DNA of 64,000 nt from Thalia democratica (taxonomy: Eukaryota), in contig OZ241832.1 in the NCBI GenBank assembly GCA_965202585.1, positions 34,162,001 to 34,226,000 on the forward strand. The letters are read 5' to 3'. This document shows, one piece after another, positions 58,657 to 64,000 of the stretch (position 1 is the first letter of the stretch; every line of letters starts with the position of its first letter). The translations under genes were made by a program, and so were the position numbers. The notes below the pieces were generated by a model. That model had not been told where the DNA came from and ran no database searches. It worked only from the letters and a program-made list of their open reading frames with translations.

Positions 58657-60333
58657 AAAATATTTTTTAGCATATGTTTCAGAATGGGGTAGTTATAGAT
58701 TTCCACTACTAAAAAATCCCCTTAAATATACAGTATCGAAAAAAGTTGTCATGATAAATTGCTTTAAATTAACTTGGTTCAAAGTACTCGATGATTAATG
58801 GACATAGTAGAGAAACTTGTTAAAGACTACTAAATACTCTTTAGTGTTTTAATGCCGTAGTTCGTGGCAATTTTACTATAGCACTTAAAGTCTATATTCT
58901 TTAAAACTTATCAAAACAGTTACTATACGTATAGCTTTACATGTAGTTGTTGGTTCTAGAAGGTAACACTAACACACTTTAAAGAATAATTCAATAAGAG
59001 AATTTTATTTTAACTTAAACCCTTATTCAACAAAAAATAAACAAACTTAAAATTTCGATTGATTAAAGTTGTACATAGGTACTTAAGAAAAAAGTTTTTA
59101 AAGAGTTGCACTAATAAGCTTACTTTTGTAAAAACAATAAAAATGCTTTTTTGCTTATAACTTTTCGAATTATAAAAAGTCTTTGTTGAAAAAATTTAAA
59201 CCGGTATTGCATTTTATATAAATGTTAAATAAACGTTTCAAAAAACATTAATTTTTTTATTTATAGAAACTAAAATACCAACAGTTATGCTAAAATTTAA
59301 TTCGTGTTACAATTGATTTTTAAAAGTTTCTTTTTTGTTTTCTTTTAAGTATATTGACCAATAAAATTTAGATATAAAACGAATTAAGAACTAATTTACG
59401 TAAAATTACACCTTATTTACACCTTTTTAAATTAAAAATTGATATTATATCAATATAAGCTAATTCAAATATTATACAAATATAGTAGTATTATACGAAA
59501 TAGATATGTAAGTTTTTTATACCGTTTTAAAACATTTTTTTTTAATTAAATATAATTTTTATAACAATTCCAACAGAAATTACGCACTTAGTTTCGTAAA
59601 ATAAATTGTTTATAGCTAATTACAACTTCGTAATTTATAGAATAATAGTTAAACAAAAAAAAGTATAAAACATATGATTTTATTACACATTTAAAAACTT
59701 CCATTTTTTTTTTACTACGAATTACTCATAAAATGTTAATCAAAACGAAAATTATTTCAGGTTAAATTTACTTTGAAAAATTTTATGATCTCTTTTAAAT
59801 ACAATTTTATTCATTCAAGCTGAAATAAGTGTAGCTGTAGACAACATTTTCGCACTAAGCATTGTTGATAAGTAGTGTAATGTATCTAGATTATAAATCA
59901 ATACAATTTTTTAAAACTGAAAAAGCTTAGTAATTAAAACTAACAAATAATCGTATAAGTATTAATTCAAACATAGATTGTTGTCTTAAATTCTGCTTTT
60001 ACTTTAAAAAACAAACTAGTTCAATAACAAGATTAGTATTTTATGTTATTTTTCAGTAAATAGATTCAAAAGCAAGTTGAATTGCACTTATATTTTTCTA
60101 TATTAATAAACTCTTATTACTAGTAACATTATGATTATTGTTAGTTTTATTAATTTTTTTATGATCATTTTAAACAATTTCTTTAGTTTTTAATAAACTC
60201 TTTAATGGAAATGTAAGATTTATCAAATAAAAATGTTATGAATACTCTTGAATGTAACAACAGATTTTTTGGTCTGAGTTTTTGCTAAACAATGTTTGTT
60301 AATTATAACTAAGAACTATTATATAACAACTTC

Positions 60334-60585
60334 GGTATACTTTCAAAATCCACCAGCGTTTAAAATCCACCCGATCATAATCCAATCGCGTTCAAAATCC
60401 ATCCGTTTTTTAAATATTTTCTTTATTTATTATTGTTTTTTTTTGCATTTGTTTTATTTATTTTCTATTTTTTTTCGCTATCACTGTTACCCCTAACCCT
60501 CGATCGGTAAGCGGTTCTCGAATTTGACAGGGTGGATTTTGATCGCGAGTGGATTTTGAACGCAGGTGGATTATGAACGTGTCCC
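60334..60585. mobile_element. 252-bp MITE with 9-bp TSD (Mutator-like)
   Basis: Perfect TSD AACAACTTC (60325-60333 and 60586-60594), imperfect TIRs, arrays of AAAATCCAC / GTGGATTTT near both ends, internal accctaaccct. Confidence 0.8.
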
Positions 60586-60761
60586 AACAACTTCAATTTT
60601 AGATAAACAACATTTATAACAAAAATATAACAAATTTGATCTTGAGAAAATAAAAAACAAAGTAAAATACATGTGTTCTGAAATTTTTCAAATATGTTAT
60701 ACCAAAACTGATTTTTTTCTTAAAAGAAAACTGAAAACTGAAAAGTCTTTTTTAAAACAAA

Positions 60762-62120
60762 ATGGATGTTGCACCCAGCAGTAACTTTGAATTGGTTGAG
60801 AAAAATCCGAGCAAGGGGCCATCAAACCAGAAAGTCTTTGGCAGTGTTCCAGTATATCTCAATGATAATTTCTTTCACCTTATAACTGGTGAGAAAGAGT
60901 TCGTCACTGACGTTGACCAGGAAAAAAGCATAAAAGTAAGCAGCAGACTTTCAGTCAACGCTAAAGAGTTTTATCCGGCGAACAAGCACGAAGACGTCTG
61001 CGAGTGGACCAAGGAAGTCTTTGACAGTTCCAGGATCAATGCCAGCCTGATGACGTTGAGCGCTGTCCGACTGTTGTATGATGGAAAAATAAACAACCAG
61101 AGAGCAGGTGCTGAGGTTATTCTAAACAAATTTATTTATGAAGGTACCACAGTTGAAACTTCTGATCCGAACGACCACGAAGGCAGGGAGAAGTTGAAAA
61201 TCATCAAGCTGAAGGAGCTTCTCGCGCAGCAAGAGCTTGAGCGCAAGCAGACCGACTATGAGCGGAAATGTTTTATATGCGAGAAAAAAATCCGCGGCAA
61301 CAGAAAGGATCTGCTGCTCCATCTGACGAACCAGCACCGGATTTACCTGGGAAACCCCGACAATCTCGTCAACGTGGAAGAGTACCTTGACCTCATTGAA
61401 AGCTACGTTTCAGAGGACAAATGCTTTCATTGCAAGGAAGTGAAGACAAATGTGCGCCGGCACCTGAGAAGCAAGGAAGCTTTTTTCAAATACAGGCAAA
61501 TAAGTTACGGAGAAAAATGCTACCTGAAGCCATGTAAAGGCTTTACCGACTTTGACAGATTCTTTCTGATCAACCACATAGAGCTTGGAAAAAGTTGGAA
61601 AGAGTTGAAAGGCAAGAATTTCGACAGAAACAATAACAAGAATAACTTCGAAGATTCCGATGAGACGGAAGAAGACAAGTTCTCGGGTTGGGAAGAAAGC
61701 AAGCCGCTTGCGCTGTGCTTGTTCTGCGACTGCAGAGCTCGCGGGGTGGGAAGTGTCCTCCATCACATGAAAGTAGCGCACAACTTCGACTTCGTGTTCA
61801 TCACAAGAGAGTACGACTTCTACGAGAAGATGAAAGTGGTTAACTACATCCGGTACGTTGTGGCCTACTTCGGCGAGCAGAAGGACTGCGGTCACCTGTG
61901 GAACCGCGGCAAGAAGATAGTGAAAACAGTAAGGAGGCTGATTTACGACAAGTGCAACTGGTTGAGCGGGGACTTCCTGATGCCCGTGCTGGAAGACGAC
62001 GCACTTCTGTGGTGCCAGAACGCGAGCAAGTACCGGAGGTCGCTGGTGGTCGACGCTGAGGAGGTGGATGTTAACAAGATCGTCGCCAGCAGTGTCCACT
62101 GGATGAATGGACTATTGTGA
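60762..62120 (+). CDS. ZNF277: Zinc finger protein 277 homolog with an N-terminal PAM2 motif, 452 aa, intronless
   Basis: QELER..CFIC...GNR..LL.H...H...G.PDNLVN, DRFFLINHIELGKSW, FSGWEE...CLFC...HM..AH.FDF, DFYEKMKVVNYIR and PVLEDDALL match the recalled ZNF277 order of motifs. Confidence 0.88.
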   Translation: MDVAPSSNFELVEKNPSKGPSNQKVFGSVPVYLNDNFFHLITGEKEFVTDVDQEKSIKVSSRLSVNAKEFYPANKHEDVCEWTKEVFDSSRINASLMTLSAVRLLYDGKINNQRAGAEVILNKFIYEGTTVETSDPNDHEGREKLKIIKLKELLAQQELERKQTDYERKCFICEKKIRGNRKDLLLHLTNQHRIYLGNPDNLVNVEEYLDLIESYVSEDKCFHCKEVKTNVRRHLRSKEAFFKYRQISYGEKCYLKPCKGFTDFDRFFLINHIELGKSWKELKGKNFDRNNNKNNFEDSDETEEDKFSGWEESKPLALCLFCDCRARGVGSVLHHMKVAHNFDFVFITREYDFYEKMKVVNYIRYVVAYFGEQKDCGHLWNRGKKIVKTVRRLIYDKCNWLSGDFLMPVLEDDALLWCQNASKYRRSLVVDAEEVDVNKIVASSVHWMNGLL

Positions 62121-62945
62121 AATTTTTTTCAAAAGTTGATTTTTTGAACTTTTCTGAATTATGAAAACTGCATTTACTTAAAAGTTATCACTTTTTATTT
62201 ACATACGAGTTGTTTTAGAGTTATAGTTGTTACTAAAGTAAAAATTAATTTGATAAATTTTTATATAACTATCTGTTTTTGAAAAATTTGTGTTTACTTT
62301 AAATGTTATTTTTCAGTTGTTTTAGTGTTTTAGTTCTTGACTAACTAAATAAAAATATCAAGAATAAATCTTCAATTAAAAACTTAAACCGAGTTTGTGT
62401 CATAAAATATCTAAGAATCATAAAAGAAGAGAAACTGAATTTGCTTGAATCCTGGAAATTTCGTCAGTGCAAACCACCTCAATGATACCTAGTCCTACAT
62501 GTTTTGAAAAAATTGTATAATGTATCCCTTATTAAGATATTTAAGTTAATAAAAATGAAGTTAAACAAAGTGATTTTATTTTGACTAAAAAAACTAGTTA
62601 TGTTAATTTTATATGTTTAAATACTAGATCAAACTCATTTTGTGAATATTAAAACATAATCTAAAATTTTTTCAATGTTTGCCAAAAAATATATGTGTTA
62701 TGTATGCGTCACTTAGTAATTTTAGTTCTTATACATTTGTAGAAAGACTTAGTTTAAAAAAAGTGTTAAAAATATCATTTAAACTTAAAAGATGTAAGCA
62801 ATACTAATAGGATTTTATTACGTTTTTAGGAACTTAGTTTCTTACAAAAGTCTTAATTTAGTTTTAGTGTGAGTTAATTGCAGTTGAAAAAATAAAAAGG
62901 TTCTATTTTTTACTAAAAACTGTCAACTGAGTTTTATTAAAATTT

Positions 62946-64000
62946 ATGTCACATCCGACAGACGTAAAAAGTAGAAGTTGAGTAAAACAACGAAATAACT
63001 TATACAAAAGGGCAAATTTGTTCAGTATTAAACATATTAAACAGTCTGAAAAGAAAAACTCTTTTTGAGTTGCATCCTGAAAATTTTGTCTGCACAAACT
63101 ACTTCAACCACTCGACCGAATGTCAGCGGATTTTGAAATCCCGCACAAGAGCCGACCGTGGGACAAGGTCGTCTGCGGATCCTGGAGCAGCGACGGGAGC
63201 CTTCTCGGTTGCGGGAAACTCCGGACAGGCGTTTAAATTTTCAAGCCTTTTTTGGAAGCTTCTTGCAGGACTTCCAGTTCATGCTGAGGAGCAGAAACCT
63301 TCTTGCTGCAAGCCAAAGCATCGTTTTGAACGGACTCGACCAGTGCGTTAAAGTTTGGGACGTCGTTGAGAACAATACTTCGAGGACTTACTGCTTTCCA
63401 GGTCTCGTCAAAAAATTGGCCACCTCTTCCGCCCTGGCCAACAATATTTAATTCAACGTGGATGAAAAGACGCAGCGCATAGCGGAGGCCGACATGAGAT
63501 GTCCCTCGATCACCATCGTGCGGATGGAAAAGAAAAGTTCAGTCACTCGCGCGTTTTCGATGTAAACTCCGCTGATGAAAGGAGGATAGTCGTGGGCGAC
63601 AACGACCACCTTTTGTTTTACGACCGCAGAATGCTAAGTTCGTCTTTAGTGGCTAAACCAATGAAAGCAGTGGATGTCATTCAGCTCAAGCACGACCCCA
63701 GCGGAAATAAACTTTTAGTAACAATTTGCTCCATCTTTGAAATATTCCAGTCAATATATAGCATGTATCCAACACAACGCAGCAAAGTTAAAGAAATGCG
63801 ACGACTTTGCGTTGAAGATCAAGCGGTTATGAACGCATGTAAACGAACCAAAGTTTCCTTGGGGACAAACATGTGGTTTTTGACATATTTTTCAGAAATT
63901 ACTCTGTTTCACGACATTGAAAATTTGCGTTATAAAGGCAAAATAAATTTGTTTGAAGAGAATTATTCGTTTTCTACTTTGTATGCACCTAATTCTTTAT
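62946..64000 (+). pseudogene. WDTC1/DCAF6/DCAF8-like WD40 gene with multiple frameshifts and stops, truncated by the window end
   Basis: Colinear WD40 segments in alternating frames: VVCGSWSSDGSLLG, GLDQCVKVWDV, LVKKLATS, IVVGDNDHLLFYDRRM, HDPSGNKLLV. Lesions near 63150, TAA 63234-63236, T6 run 63248-63253, TAA 63449-63451 and ~63520. One frame stays open from ~63466 to 64000. Confidence 0.7.

Noticed and set aside
61122-62099. Minus-strand ORFs 61122-61337, 61410-62099 and 61520-61702
   Set aside because: Antisense shadows of ZNF277.
3933-63097. Short F/L/I/K/N-rich ORFs (3933, 4279, 5521, 6944, 30230, 30939, 40004, 43804, 47012, 53541, 60296, 62903)
   Set aside because: Composition mirrors AT-rich non-coding DNA, many use non-ATG starts, and they show no motifs or splice support.
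1-64000. CRISPR arrays, rRNA, tRNA, spliced-leader RNA genes
   Set aside because: No repeat-spacer periodicity, rRNA-like sequence, cloverleaf or recognisable leader sequence was seen by eye.

Overview
Very AT-rich (roughly three-quarters A+T by eye) nuclear DNA from an invertebrate animal, judged from spliceosomal introns, C-type lectins, PDZD11 and a 7TM receptor. The species cannot be determined from this window. The ORF track is misleading here because several real genes are spliced and many listed ORFs are antisense shadows. Gene models were assembled by hand and family calls rest on recalled human sequences, not on database searches. In order: an NPC2/ML lipid-binding gene (-); two tandem 3-exon type II membrane C-type lectins (+); an orphan ORF (-); a FAM78 homolog (-) directly downstream of, and splice-compatible with, a C-lobe pseudokinase (-); a 7-exon PARL-like mitochondrial rhomboid lacking its catalytic Ser and His (-); HTD2 (-); a decayed third lectin copy (-); a divergent intronless GPCR (-); PDZD11 (-); LPGAT1 (-); an acidic orphan ORF (+); ZNF277 carrying a PAM2 motif (+); and a frameshifted WDTC1/DCAF-like WD40 locus running off the window (+). 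Intergenic DNA holds non-autonomous DNA transposons with target-site duplications (hAT, Mutator-like foldbacks, a TTAA MITE), a ~130-bp structured repeat in 7 copies, decayed hammerhead-ribozyme motifs and a perfect 83-bp palindrome. Best leads: the catalytically dead PARL, the possible pseudokinase-FAM78 fusion, and an excess of T at position +3 of 5' splice sites (12 of 18 inferred introns). No rRNA, tRNA or CRISPR array was recognised.
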